Below, piece after piece: positions 32,150-43,113 of a stretch of 64,000 bases of DNA. The stretch comes from Alphaproteobacteria bacterium (lineage in GTDB: Bacteria > Pseudomonadota > Alphaproteobacteria > MPNO01 > UBA830). The notes beneath the pieces are model-generated. The model worked only from the letters and a program-made list of their open reading frames with translations. It was not told the origin of the DNA and ran no database searches. Numbering within the stretch: position 1 is the stretch's first letter; each line of letters begins with the position of its first letter. Position numbers and translations under genes: made by a program. The stretch covers positions 5,408,001 to 5,472,000 of the forward strand of contig OZ251539.1 of assembly GCA_965243135.1 (NCBI GenBank). Reading direction: 5' to 3'.

Positions 32150-34341
32150 GCGTCGCCTCGGAATCGAACCGGTGGCCTACCCGCCGGGTCCGCCGGACGA
32201 TGGCTATCGCGGGCTCTACGAGGGCATGCAGGGGCTGGCGCACCATGTCCAGCGTGGCCTTCTGGACTGGCGGCGAGAGATATCTGAGCTTGCCCAAAAG
32301 GGACCGCACGATCTCGGCGCCGAGGACACGGATATCCTCGACGATGCGCTGTCCGACCGGGCGAAGGCCGGATTTTTCGTACAGGCCGCAAAATCTCCCG
32401 ACTGGATCGAGTGGCTCGACAGCCGAAACCATCTGGCTTTTCTCTTCGGCGACAGCGATTGGGGAGAACGCGAGGGCATCATCGCCCGCTGGCTTGCAAA
32501 CCGTTTCGTTCACGAACACCCGGACCGCGTCCTCGCTCTTGTCGCCCGTCGACGGATGCATCCGAATTTCTGGTTCGAATTGGGAAGGACCATAGGACAT
32601 GAGGCAAGAACTCTCGATCCCGAGGCGCTCGCCCGCTGGGTAACGCTGCTTCTCGCCAAAGCTCCGGAGAAATCCGAGAGGCGTGTCTGGGTACGGCTGG
32701 GAGAGCGTTGCGCGGAAACCGGATTGACCGACTGCCTCATCGAAATTTTCGCCGCCATAGCGGCTCCACAGCTCGCGGTTCTGAGTACCCGGTTCGATGG
32801 CGACAACGGGAAGATGTTGTCCTTGGTCGAAGCTGGGTCTTCGGTCGATCACTACGTGATCAGCAAATTTTGGAAAAAGTCGCTGAAACCCAATATTGAG
32901 CAAGCGCCGGAAAGTTTGCTCGCCGTCGCCGTCGAACACCTGATGTCGCAACACCGGCTGCTGGTCGCCTGGCGGCATGCAGACAGGTCTTGGAGCACGG
33001 CGTCGATGAACCGTCATGCGATCGAACCCCACGAAGACGACGAATATCCCGAGAACGTCGACGTCGTAATCGATGCCGCGCGCGATTGCCTGGAGTGGCT
33101 TGAAGACAAGCGGCCGGCGGCGGCGCTGCGATGGCGCGAGCGGCTCGTCGGATCGGAAGCGCCCGTCCTGCGGAGGCTGGCCGTGCATGCCCTGTCGGAA
33201 TGCACGGTTTCCGACCCGAACGAAAAGATCGATTGGCTCCTGGCTCATCTGGATCTTCAAGACGAGGCGACCGGGCGCGAGATTTCGCGATTGGTGAAGC
33301 TGGCATATCCCGAAGCCGACCGAGATCGAAGGCGGGCGGTCATTGAGGCAGTGCGCGATTTCCGTTTTCCGGGAGACCCCGAGGAAGCGGAACGACGCGC
33401 CGCCGACTATCGTCATTGGTGGTTTCGCTTTCTTGTCGAAGCGGCGGCGGACTGCGATCTGGCTAGCGAAGCGCTGGGGCAGTTGCTGAAACAGTATCCG
33501 GAACTCTCCGGCCGGCGAGAAACTGGAAGCGGTTCGAAACCCGACCCGACCGCCGCGAAATTGCTGGCGAGCCCGGCCGCCGAATCGATCGACGAACTGT
33601 CCTCCATCTACCCGGCGGCGGGAGCGAGCCAGGGTCGGGTCGCCGAAAGCGTCGAGCAGGCGGTCAGGCAGAATACGGACTGGGGCCTCGATCTGGCGGA
33701 TGCGTTGGCGAGAAGCGAAAACTGGAACCCCGCTCTGTGGGAAGCTCTCCTGGACGCTTGGAGGGATGCGAAACCCGACGACGGAAAATGCCGGAAGATT
33801 CTCGCGCATCTACGACAGCCGGAATTGCGGCAGGGGCACGCGGTCGCGATCGCCCGGTTTTTGCGGGATTTGGCAAGGGACGACCGCATATCGGATACGT
33901 CGCTGAACGTGGCGAAGGGGATCGTCGGCGCTCTATGGCGAGACTTCGACAGGGGCAATCCGGCCGTCAGAATTCACAGGGATTGGCTGACGGACGCCAT
34001 CAATCGCACTCCCGGATTGATTGCCGAATTCTGGCTGCAGGCGCTATCCCGCTGGAGGAAACGCCAGGATTCCGTACCGGCCGCTCTTGGTGGCGTTTAC
34101 GAAAAGGCGTTGTCGGAGATCGTGGAAGATCGGTCGGATGCCGGGACGTTTGGAAAAGCGGTGCTGGCGAGCCAGCTGGCTTTTCTTTTGACGGTCGACG
34201 AAGACTGGACAAAAGAACGGTTGCTTCCGCTGTTTATCGCTGATCTGCGTCCAAAAGACAGGGACGCGGTTTGGGACGGCTTTCTCGCCCGGTTGCGTTT
34301 CACGCCCCGGCTGGCGGAACTGACCGAAGAAGCATTTCTGG

Positions 34342-35990
34342 CAGAAATTCCCGCTAAGGTGGCCGCCCTTTGCGAAAGGCGCGTCGAGATAGCGTCGTTA
34401 CCGAGGGACCAGCCGCCGCGACGCACCTTCCCCGCTTCGGCTTGGTGCCGACTTAGCCTTGACCATCCTGTTTCCCCTGAAAAACTTGCTTTAGCACATT
34501 CGGTCACGGTGCCAGGTCAGGAGGTGTCGTAGGGAATTCCCTCTGCTTTCCGGTATCCAAACGCGATCATTCGGTAGAGTGTTTCCCAGTCCTTCAAGAA
34601 GTATTCGAGAAACAATCCCCGCGCCTTTTCCCAGAAGTAAATGGGCCGCTTGGCCTTCGTTTGCGCCTGTTGGAACAGTTTGCAACATCGCTGTTGAATC
34701 TGGTCAATCAGGAACGCCAGCATCATCAGGAACGCAAAGACCGTCGACAGATTCTTGTTACCGTGACCGAAGTTGTGCTCAAAGCAGTAGCCTTGGTTCT
34801 TCAGGGTGTTGAAAGTTTCGTTCTCGATCTTCCAGCGCGCCCGCCCGGTGCGCATCAACTCCATCAGGTTCCCTTCGTCAATTGGCAGATCCGTGACCCA
34901 GGAGAAACGTTGTTTCTTGCCGTTTGGGAGCTTCTCCCAGTATTCGAGAAAGTTCACTTTGAGGTCGAAGTGCGTATCGTTCAGAGGCACTCCGTTAAGA
35001 TACCGGAATTCGTGCCGTATGTTGTCACCGTCCGTGAACTCCCGGCGCTCCACGGACGGCGCGTTGTTGACCCACTCGAACAGGAACTTGTGGTCGCCGG
35101 GCTTCGCCCCCAGTATGAAACGCATGTCTAACTCCTTGAGAAGATTGGCATGCGGTCCGTTCGAGGCCAGCCCATCTTCCAACACAACCAGCTTCAGGTG
35201 CGGGTGTTCGCGACGCACATCTTTCAGAAGCCGTTTCGCTGCGTTGCGTTCGCAATCGTTCTTTTTTGCGCCGTCTTCCTTCAGGATCGGTTCCGGTGCA
35301 AACGGAAAAACCTCCTTTTGTTCCGGATGCACCAGAACGGCTCCCAACATCTGGTGGTAGTAGGTAATCGTACCGTCGCGGTGGTGTTTCTCGCAGCAAT
35401 TTTTACAGTGCACCTTGTCCGACGAGAAGTATCCCGTTCCATCGATCGAAAGAGCGTAATGCCCGTTCAGACAAGTGTATTCTTCCAATCCCTTGCCTCG
35501 TTGCAAAACCTGGAACATCTTCGTGAAACAACGCCGCAATTGCCGCGGACAGACTTCGTCAAGCCGTTCGCGCATCGCAGTGTCCGACGGCACGCGCTTG
35601 ACGCCGTATAAGGTCGCGAGGTTGTGCCGAACCACTTCGTCGGCGTGCGCGGCCTCGTCGAATTGCAGAAGCGACGCATACTTCATACCGAACACCGCTA
35701 GACCCGACATCAGACAGTCCGTCTGGTTCAGCCCCCTGCTCGCGATCGGATCTTCGATACGGTCGAAACAAGCTCGCACTTCCTTCAGCAATCCCGGAGC
35801 GCTGAGCGTCTTGCGCATGCCTGGCATTCTGGCCATTTTGGTTACAATCCCGCCTCGCCTTCGGACCACTTTCCAGAGAAAAATGCTCCGCTCGAAGGCA
35901 AATAGCCCCGAATCACCTCGAAAAGTCCACGAAAGACTTTTTTCCGGCCCCATATTTTTCAAGGGTTTCGAGCCTTAGCGGGAATTGCTG
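34342..35990 (-). mobile_element. ISNCY-like (DDE_Tnp_1) element A
   Basis: 18-bp IR CAG(A/C)AATTCCCGCTAAGG; 9-bp TSD CATTTCTGG at 34333-34341 and 35991-35999. Confidence 0.92.
34517..35836 (-). CDS. DDE transposase, intact (439 aa)
   Basis: SIDGTG, EDGL, GRARWKIENETFNTLKNQGY.FEHNFGHG. Confidence 0.92.
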   Translation of the reverse strand: MARMPGMRKTLSAPGLLKEVRACFDRIEDPIASRGLNQTDCLMSGLAVFGMKYASLLQFDEAAHADEVVRHNLATLYGVKRVPSDTAMRERLDEVCPRQLRRCFTKMFQVLQRGKGLEEYTCLNGHYALSIDGTGYFSSDKVHCKNCCEKHHRDGTITYYHQMLGAVLVHPEQKEVFPFAPEPILKEDGAKKNDCERNAAKRLLKDVRREHPHLKLVVLEDGLASNGPHANLLKELDMRFILGAKPGDHKFLFEWVNNAPSVERREFTDGDNIRHEFRYLNGVPLNDTHFDLKVNFLEYWEKLPNGKKQRFSWVTDLPIDEGNLMELMRTGRARWKIENETFNTLKNQGYCFEHNFGHGNKNLSTVFAFLMMLAFLIDQIQQRCCKLFQQAQTKAKRPIYFWEKARGLFLEYFLKDWETLYRMIAFGYRKAEGIPYDTS

Positions 35991-36589
35991 CATTTCTGGG
36001 AGCAGTTGAACGCGTCGAGAGCGGGTTTTCCGCCTGGCAAAGTAATTTCATCCGAGGCTACGTCATTCAGTTGGCGTATTTCTCGGACGACCCGTCGAAA
36101 AATTGGATTCCCAAGTTTTTCGACCACGCCGACGAGGGCGCACGAAGCGATTTCGCTACGCGCGTCGGCCTTGAGCTCCGCAACATGAACGAGGCCCGGC
36201 AGGAAGAATGGTGGGACCGGTGGTTGGGCGAATACTGGAGAGGCCGCCTGGACGGCAAGCCGAAGGGACTGGACGACGGCGAAATCAGTTGCATGCTCGA
36301 ATGGTTGCCTGGTCTGGCTTCCGTGTTTCCGAAGGCGGTCAATCTGGCGATCGAGATGCCGCCTGTCGAACTGAAACAAAGCGAGATCGTCTACGAAATC
36401 GATCAATCCGATTTGTGGAAGCGTTACCCGGATGCGGTGGCCAAGTTATTGTTGCATTTGCGGCAGTCTGGCTCCCCTGGTTACATTTGGTACAGGGGCA
36501 AGGAACTTGTCGCCAAACTCCTCGCAATGAACATCCCGTCCCATCTCGCAGACAAGCTTCGGGAGCTTGACGCCGAAGCGGGCTGGTAA

Positions 36590-36950
36590 CGTGATGAAAT
36601 TCGAAACGCGGCGCTTCAAGCATGGCAAGACCAAACGGAAACGCTTCCTTCCAGGCGTGGCCTCCTCGATTATTTTGCACCTGAAACTGCCGATTATCGT
36701 GACTGCTCACATCCGCTCCCCGACAAACTTCTCTCAAGAGATCCATGGCGTTCGCTTCCCGCAGCAGCCAGTCGAGATCGTCCTCGCCCCAGCACTCCGT
36801 GGCGGCCAGGAAAAGCGCAGCGGCAGCCGTCCGCTGTTCCATCCGCAGGCGGGGGAGATTGCGGAGGCGTTCGATTTCCGTCTGGTCGAGCATCGGAATT
36901 TCGCCGCGTTCGTTGTTGTCGAAGATCCATCGGGAGATCATGACCTGCAT
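36590..36950 (-). pseudogene. Possible gene fragment of unknown function
   Basis: Protein-like stretch ISRWIFDNNERGEIPML...; the frame runs on into the antisense strand of the sirtuin gene. Confidence 0.3.
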
Positions 36951-37020
36951 CTCTTCCGAAAGCTGCGGCGTGCCGATGTCGAGGATAGTGCACGTCTGGT
37001 CTGTCTACAGCCGGAGAGCC

Positions 37021-38883
37021 TCATTTCAGAACCCCGCCCGCCTCGGCCCGCCGCCGCCGCAAGAGATCAAGGGTCCGGGACCGGTTGGCTAACGTTATTT
37101 CTCGGGCGCGCTCGGCCTTTCCAGGCGCGAATACCTCGAGTGCTGCGTCGTAGGCGACGACGGCTTGTTCCAGTCGTTCTATTCCCCCTTCGCGTTCGCC
37201 CAAGACCCGGAGGGCCGTTCCGAGGTTGTTCTGCGTCTCGGCCCATTGGAACGGCGTACGCTTGCATGTAAAAATCTCCAGCACCTCCTTGCAGATGTCG
37301 ACAGCCTGCTCCAGGCGTTCCGTCCCGCTTTCGCGTTCGCCCAAGATCCGGAGCGCTTTGCCAAGGTTGTCCCGCGTCACGGCCCATTGGAGCGGTTCGC
37401 GCTCGCGGGTACGCACCTCAAGTGCTTCGCTGTATGCGGCAACGGCCCGCTCCAAGTGAATCGTTCCGCCCATGCGTTCACCCAGGGTCTGTAGGGCGAT
37501 GCCAAGGTTGTTCTGCGTCACGGCCCATTGGAGCGGTTCGCGCTCGCGGGTAAACACTTCAAGCGCCTCGTTGTATATGGCGATGGCTCGGTCCAGCCGT
37601 TCCGTTCCGCTGTCGCGTTCACCCAGGCTTGCAAAGGCGATGGCGAGGTTGTTCCGCGTTACGGCCCAGTCAAACGGCACGCGTTCGCGCGTACGCTCCT
37701 CGAGCGCCGCGTTGTATGCGGCAACGGCCTGCTCCAAACGTTCCGTTCCGCTCTCCCGTTCTCCCAAGGTGTGAAGGGCCGTTCCGAGGTTGTTCTGCGT
37801 CATGGCCCATTCGAGCGGCACACGTTCGCGCGTGCGCTCCTCGAGCGCCGCGTTGTATGCAGCAACGGCCTGTTCCAGACGCTCCGTCCCACTCTCTCGT
37901 TTGCCCAATTCCTGAAGGGTTGTTCCGAGGTTGTTTTGTGTCATGGCCCATTCGAGCGGCACACGTTTGCGCGTGCGCTCCTTGAGCGCCGCGCTATATG
38001 CGGCGATGGCCTGCTCCAGATGCTCCGTCCCGCTCTTTCGTTTGCCCAAGGCCGAGAGGACGGCACCGAGGTTGTTCTGCGTCACGGCCCACGGCCCGCG
38101 TTCGCGGATGAACTCCATGAGCGCCTCCTTATAGGCTGCGACAGCTTGTTGTAGACGCTCCGACCCGCTCTCCCGTTCTCCCAAGGTATGAAGGGCGATG
38201 CCGTACGCGAAGTTCAGTCTTGCGCGGTGGCCGGGCTCGGAGATTGTTTCTTTCTGAAGCAAAACTGCGAGCTTCCCGGCGGCATCGGTCAACCCAATCT
38301 CCAGCATCCGACCTTGTATCTCGGTGTTGGTCAACGGCGCCACTGCCGTCCACGCAGTCGCGACAAGCTGAGCTTCGAGGTCTTTGTGAAAGTCATCTCC
38401 CAGCGTGGCATTGATCAAGATGTAGGGCTGGTCCGCCCGGTCCAGGGTGCCGTCGCCTTCTCGAGGCACGAACCAAAGATTCAACGCCTTGCCGGATTCC
38501 CATTCCTTGACGACGCCGGCAACCGCCAGATCCGCACGCCATTCATTCAGAATTCTGCGGGCGCTTTGACGCATGTTTGGCCGCCACTCGTCCGCGGCGC
38601 CCCTTGACGCCACGACGCGCGAAGAGCGCACCAACCCGATACCCTCGACGCCAGTGAACGCCTGTTCCACCGCCCTGGCGGCGTTTCCATCGGCATCGTT
38701 TTCCAGCCAGCACAACACGAGACGGAACCCTTCTCCGGATTTTGGAGGGCGGCGGGGTAACGTTTTGAGGGCCAGCCACGCCCTTTGCGGCGAGGGCAGT
38801 ATCCGGTTGAAGGATCCTTTCAACCAGAGCGTTGTCAGCGTTATCAGTATGCTCACTACTAACGAGAGAACCAGTTCCGTCAT
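37021..38883 (-). CDS. Membrane-anchored TPR protein with eight 47-aa repeats
   Basis: N-terminal TM helix; repeat WA.TQNNLG.AL..LGERESGTERLEQAVAAY..ALE..TRER.P. Confidence 0.9.
   Translation of the reverse strand: MTELVLSLVVSILITLTTLWLKGSFNRILPSPQRAWLALKTLPRRPPKSGEGFRLVLCWLENDADGNAARAVEQAFTGVEGIGLVRSSRVVASRGAADEWRPNMRQSARRILNEWRADLAVAGVVKEWESGKALNLWFVPREGDGTLDRADQPYILINATLGDDFHKDLEAQLVATAWTAVAPLTNTEIQGRMLEIGLTDAAGKLAVLLQKETISEPGHRARLNFAYGIALHTLGERESGSERLQQAVAAYKEALMEFIRERGPWAVTQNNLGAVLSALGKRKSGTEHLEQAIAAYSAALKERTRKRVPLEWAMTQNNLGTTLQELGKRESGTERLEQAVAAYNAALEERTRERVPLEWAMTQNNLGTALHTLGERESGTERLEQAVAAYNAALEERTRERVPFDWAVTRNNLAIAFASLGERDSGTERLDRAIAIYNEALEVFTREREPLQWAVTQNNLGIALQTLGERMGGTIHLERAVAAYSEALEVRTREREPLQWAVTRDNLGKALRILGERESGTERLEQAVDICKEVLEIFTCKRTPFQWAETQNNLGTALRVLGEREGGIERLEQAVVAYDAALEVFAPGKAERAREITLANRSRTLDLLRRRRAEAGGVLK
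37130..38220 (-). repeat. ~141-bp tandem coding repeats (TPR units)
   Basis: GTTGTT..GCGT.A.GGCCCA recurs at a ~141-bp period. Confidence 0.85.
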
Positions 38884-39607
38884 TTCGTTTTTGATCCCAA
38901 ATGAAGCTCTCGATCAGTTTCCGGACGACGGCTACGTTTGCCCTGTTGCACCGCCACACACTGTCTTTCGCATTCGCGCCGCGGCGGTCGGCGAGGGCGG
39001 TGGAGGCGCCGTCGGCGGCTCGGACGAAGTATCGCACGCCGGGGAGCTTTTGCAGACAGCAGCGGCAGCTCGTCGAAGGGTGTTGGGCTTCGCATCCTTC
39101 CGGCGGACCTTGACATGATTGCGCGGCGGCGGTTCGGGCTCGCGATGTCGGTTGCCTGCGCGCCCATTGGCGGCTTGGGGGTCAGCGATCCGCTGGGCGA
39201 AGAGCTTCGAGAAAACCCGGCGGTATTCTCAGGCCTCCCTCGACAGCGCGTCCGCCACAGTCGTTCAATGCACGGTCGGACAACCTCGACCAAGACGCAT
39301 CCCGGTATGTCGCGATCGACGGCAGGCGGGCGTCGAACGGCTTAGCGATTGCGCCGCCGTCTCCGACGTTCCAGCTGGAATCCGGCCAGCGGGTGCTGTC
39401 GCCGAGTTCGAAGACATCGAACTCCCGAGGCGTTCCGGGTTCTCCGATGCGCCCGACGATCCATTGCGCGGCCTCGCTCTCGAACTAGACGATATCGATT
39501 TTGGGAAGGGCGTTCCGCTGCCAGTTGGCTCAAATAGAACGTATTCGGCTCTTTCAAGGTGTCCATGTCATCTGTATTTCAAGACGTTGCGAACAGCGTA
39601 AGAGTCT

Positions 39608-40489
39608 CTATCGTGCTTGGCAGAATACGGCAGCTTGAAGCTTACCACCGATTTTATCTTCGGCATAGTCCAAGATGTCAAAAAATTCGCTCCAACGTTC
39701 CTTGACATAATGTGGCAGGTGCCATGTCACTCTGTAGAAGTCTGGTAAGCCGCTTGTCGGATTCGCCTCTTTTCGATAATAGAAACCCCTATTTTTATAT
39801 TCTTGCTCTACCTCTTTTCCTACATAGAACTGGGCATCTTTTTTAAAGTGATTTGCCCCGTGAACTGACAATATAAGGTAGCCTTTTCGCTTTGTTATCC
39901 GTGCCAATTCTGCAAGCCATCTAAACTGCATTTCTTCGGGAAGGTGAGTAAAGACGCTGACACTATAGATGAAGTCAAAGTAGTTGTCAGGATAACGAGT
40001 CGGCGGTTCCGTATCGTTCACGTCCCATGTAGCTAGATCTTTGTAATTGTTCCGACACCAAGAGATAGCTTCGGAGTCAATGTCCGTTCCATATAATCCC
40101 CTCCCATCAACTCCGCGTCGGTAAGATAATGCTCTTAGGGAACGTCCCACTCCACAACCGAAGTCGAGGATTTGTGCAAAGTCGTCGATTGTCTTTCCAA
40201 CGGAGCTAAGGATAGCGTCGATCTCTTCCAAGTAGATATAGCCGCCGGTTAGGAAGTTTCCTTTATACTCTCCGACAACTCTCTCTTGTAGATGGCGTGG
40301 CGGCGGTAAAGCCGTGCCTGATTCGTGCAGTGCCGACTGCAGTTGTTCAACGAGCACATTTAGGGCTTGTTTTCGGAGCCAATACGAACGCACGCATCTA
40401 TAAGGCGGCCTCAATAAGGGAAGCGTCCAAGGATGTCTCTTGCTAAAATTCTTAGCCATCGTGATTAAGCGCCTTCCATTCATTGCCAT
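39608..40489 (-). CDS. Class I SAM-dependent methyltransferase (low GC)
   Basis: ILDFGCGVGR, GTDID, FDFIYSVSVFTHL, EL.RI.K..G. Confidence 0.88.
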   Translation of the reverse strand: MAMNGRRLITMAKNFSKRHPWTLPLLRPPYRCVRSYWLRKQALNVLVEQLQSALHESGTALPPPRHLQERVVGEYKGNFLTGGYIYLEEIDAILSSVGKTIDDFAQILDFGCGVGRSLRALSYRRGVDGRGLYGTDIDSEAISWCRNNYKDLATWDVNDTEPPTRYPDNYFDFIYSVSVFTHLPEEMQFRWLAELARITKRKGYLILSVHGANHFKKDAQFYVGKEVEQEYKNRGFYYRKEANPTSGLPDFYRVTWHLPHYVKERWSEFFDILDYAEDKIGGKLQAAVFCQAR

Positions 40490-40635
40490 TGCATTGACCT
40501 TCTCCCGGTGTGTGCGACGCGTTCATTGAATTTTAGCCGTTCAAGTTCGAAGTGCAACATGCCGGATGTGGTGGCAGACCGACCGTTTGCAGCAAAATGT
40601 TGCGGAAAGGTCGGGCGGTGCGGATAATCTCTGAG

Positions 40636-42437
40636 GGGTGCAATCTGATAGTACGGATTCTCGCCAAGATTAATTGTTTATTTTGGCGAGAATCTGTAAT
40701 TCCACTCTCCATGGAAGTTGTCTCGTTTGAGAGACAGGCTGGCCATCGGGTGCAGATCTATTTTTGCCAAACTCCTTGTTTTTATTTATGGAATCGGGGA
40801 TTTCCGCCGTCAGGCCGCGATGGCGTTCAATGCCTGATTGTCGTTCGCAGCCCCAGTCATTGCCCGCCATGCCGACTCGAAGCGACCCGACCTTATCAAC
40901 GCTCTGAGGGTGAGGACGTTCTGACCGCCTTCGACGCTCCAGCGCATGCCGGCCCGCTTCATGCGCTGGTTGACCAGCACCTTGTTGGCAGCCTCCACGA
41001 CGCCCGACCCAATTGCGTAGCCGCCGGCCCTGAGGCTCGCGTAGCGCATGCGGCGCCTGTGCTTGCGGAAAAACCTGAGCTCGCGCTCAAGAACCTTGAG
41101 CGCCGTTTCCGTCGTCGCCTTGTCGCGGAGATAGCGGATTGCCCGGATGACCTTGTCGACGCCGTCGGCGTCGTCGCGCAGGACGGCGCGGTACTTTTCG
41201 TACCAGTTGCTTGCGACCGCATGGTCCGAGACCTCGTTGAGATGTTCGCATGCATGGAAAAAATCGACCGCCCGCTCGTCGGGCTGGAGCTCGTCGAGAA
41301 ACGTCCAGTTGTCGGGCGCGGCGTCGGCAACGGCGACCACCTTCAGGTCGGGCCGCACCTTGCGGATGTGGGCGACCTCTTCGGCGAGTTGCGCCTTCAG
41401 CGTCGCCTTGCCGGCCTCCGGCATTCGCCCGAAACTAAGCGTTTTCAAGCGATTGCCTTCCGCATCCTGGAAACTGACCGTCCCGCAAGACGCCTCGCGC
41501 CAGCACGCTTCCTCGTCCCCGTCGGGGCGAAGCGAAACCATCACCCCGTCAAGCGAAACGGCGCAGGAAACCGCCTCGCACCGTTTCCGCCTCGCGGATG
41601 CTTTCCATGGCTTCCCGCCCCTTTTCCTTCCAGAGACTGCCCGTCGTCTCCAACAGACGCTTCAGGTGGCTCGACGACGGGTTCATGCCCCCTAACTCCT
41701 CGAAGAGTTTGGCCGTTTCCTGCGGCGTGCAGTGGTCCAAGAGCAGGAGAGCGCGATAAGCGGCCGGGTTCGTGAGATAGCCATCAATCAGCCCCAGGTC
41801 GTTGTCGACCGGCGAGAACGACCCATCTTCCGAGCGATATCGCGTCCGGAAATACCGGACCGGACCGAACAGCGTGTGGACGGTCTTCTGCGTCCGCGCA
41901 GCCCGATAGAAGACTTTGTCGTCCTTGCGAATCGGGCCTCCCCTCTCGTCTCGGTCCTCGATGTATTTGCAAATCACCGTCCGGCACAGCGCAGCGACCT
42001 GCTTACCCAACCCAAGCTCGAAATCGGCGAACGCCTCGGGACCCTCCCCCTCGGACCCCGCCTTGAGGAAGGCCGCGAATTCCCCGAATGCCTTGGCGGT
42101 CGCGGCTCCTTTCTCGACGATGGACGCGAAAGACCGCACCGCCTCGGCGGCGGCCGGGGAGAGCCTGGAAAGAGACAAACCGTTCGAAGACTGCGAGACT
42201 GACATGGGAATGCTCCTGATGTTGTGGGGTCAAGCCAACATTCTGCCGCATTTAGCGGTCAGGAGCATTCCTTTTTTCGTCCTCCGGCCCCCTGATCGTG
42301 TCAAAATCCGCGCCTGGAACAGCATTTTGTCACGAAATCGCCGATTTCGTCCTTGAAGCGTCGCAGCTCGCACTCAAGTAATTGTTGAAAATCAACAGGT
42401 TGCGGATTTTCCGTTTGGCAATATCAGACCTGCACCC
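40636..42437 (-). mobile_element. Divergent ISKra4-like element (copy 3), transposase 40810-42205 frameshifted near 41560
   Basis: Same motifs as copies 1 and 2; ends GGGTGCAATCTGATA / TATCAGACCTGCACCC; flanks do not match. Confidence 0.88.
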
Positions 42438-42871
42438 GCTTCCGGTGCGGCGATAGGGCTTGCGCCGGTTTCGTTCAGCGCGAACAGTTTCACGGTCGAG
42501 GGGGACCGCCGTCCGACGCTATCCACGTCCTCGAACGCCGAGCGTACGAGACGGTAACGCCGACGGTCTTCGCGCATTTCCGCGCCGACCCGCCGGTGCG
42601 TTGTCAGCTCGAATTCGACCGTAGCCGCGATCAGCGCTCGCTTGCCTTCGCTCTCATCCCAGTCAATGGGATGCAGACGAAATTCCTCGCCCCTGCCGGG
42701 CAGCGCCGCGTCGCCGTACAGCGCCCATTGAAGACCGTGCAAGATCGTGGTTTTCCCGGACTCGTTTGCGGCCCGAATAACGGTCAGCTTCCTGTCGGGA
42801 TCGCTGGAGAATTCGAGCTTCAGGTCACGAAGCAGCCGGAAGTTCTGAAATTCTGTGCGGAGCAGCTTCAT
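42438..42871 (-). pseudogene. SMC/Rad50/DndD-like AAA ATPase, N-terminus only (truncated by IS)
   Basis: MKL....QNFR, LTVIRAANESGKTTIL..LQWALYG. Confidence 0.8.
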
Positions 42872-43113
42872 GAATCCGGCTTCTCAATTTCGACGTCATG
42901 GCCTCTCCGCATCGCAAGGAAGCGCCCAGCGGCATTGCATTTGTCGTTTATCTTCTTCTGGATGTTCGTCGCCGATACGCGATGACTTCTCTCATATTCG
43001 AGAATTTCGGAAATCACGTCGATAATCTCTTCCCTGTAGCCTTCGCACCGTTCCTCTATCCCGGCACTTTCCTCCAAGATAATGGAAATTATCTTCTTTT
43101 CGCCCAGCGGCAT
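42868..43113 (-). CDS. Small helical protein (81 aa) between helicase and ATPase
   Basis: AGGAG RBS; stop overlaps the ATPase ATG (ATGA). Confidence 0.75.
   Translation of the reverse strand: MPLGEKKIISIILEESAGIEERCEGYREEIIDVISEILEYERSHRVSATNIQKKINDKCNAAGRFLAMRRGHDVEIEKPDS

Larger units (their letters stand above)
31416..36589 (+). pseudogene. SIR2-DUF4020 defence sirtuin (Dsr1-like), interrupted by an IS
   Basis: LVIFAGAGVS, VTTNFD, HIHGS, LFVGYS; removing the IS and one TSD restores the frame EEAFL-GAVERVESG...AYFSDDP. Confidence 0.82.

Noticed and set aside
31767-33809. 680-aa ORF and other long antisense ORFs (e.g. 6707-8788, 47761-49212, 54932-56527)
   Set aside because: They are antisense shadows of motif-bearing genes in high-GC DNA.
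38960-39060. A further DUF4338 remnant (LPGVRYFVRAADG)
   Set aside because: The match is too short to support by eye.
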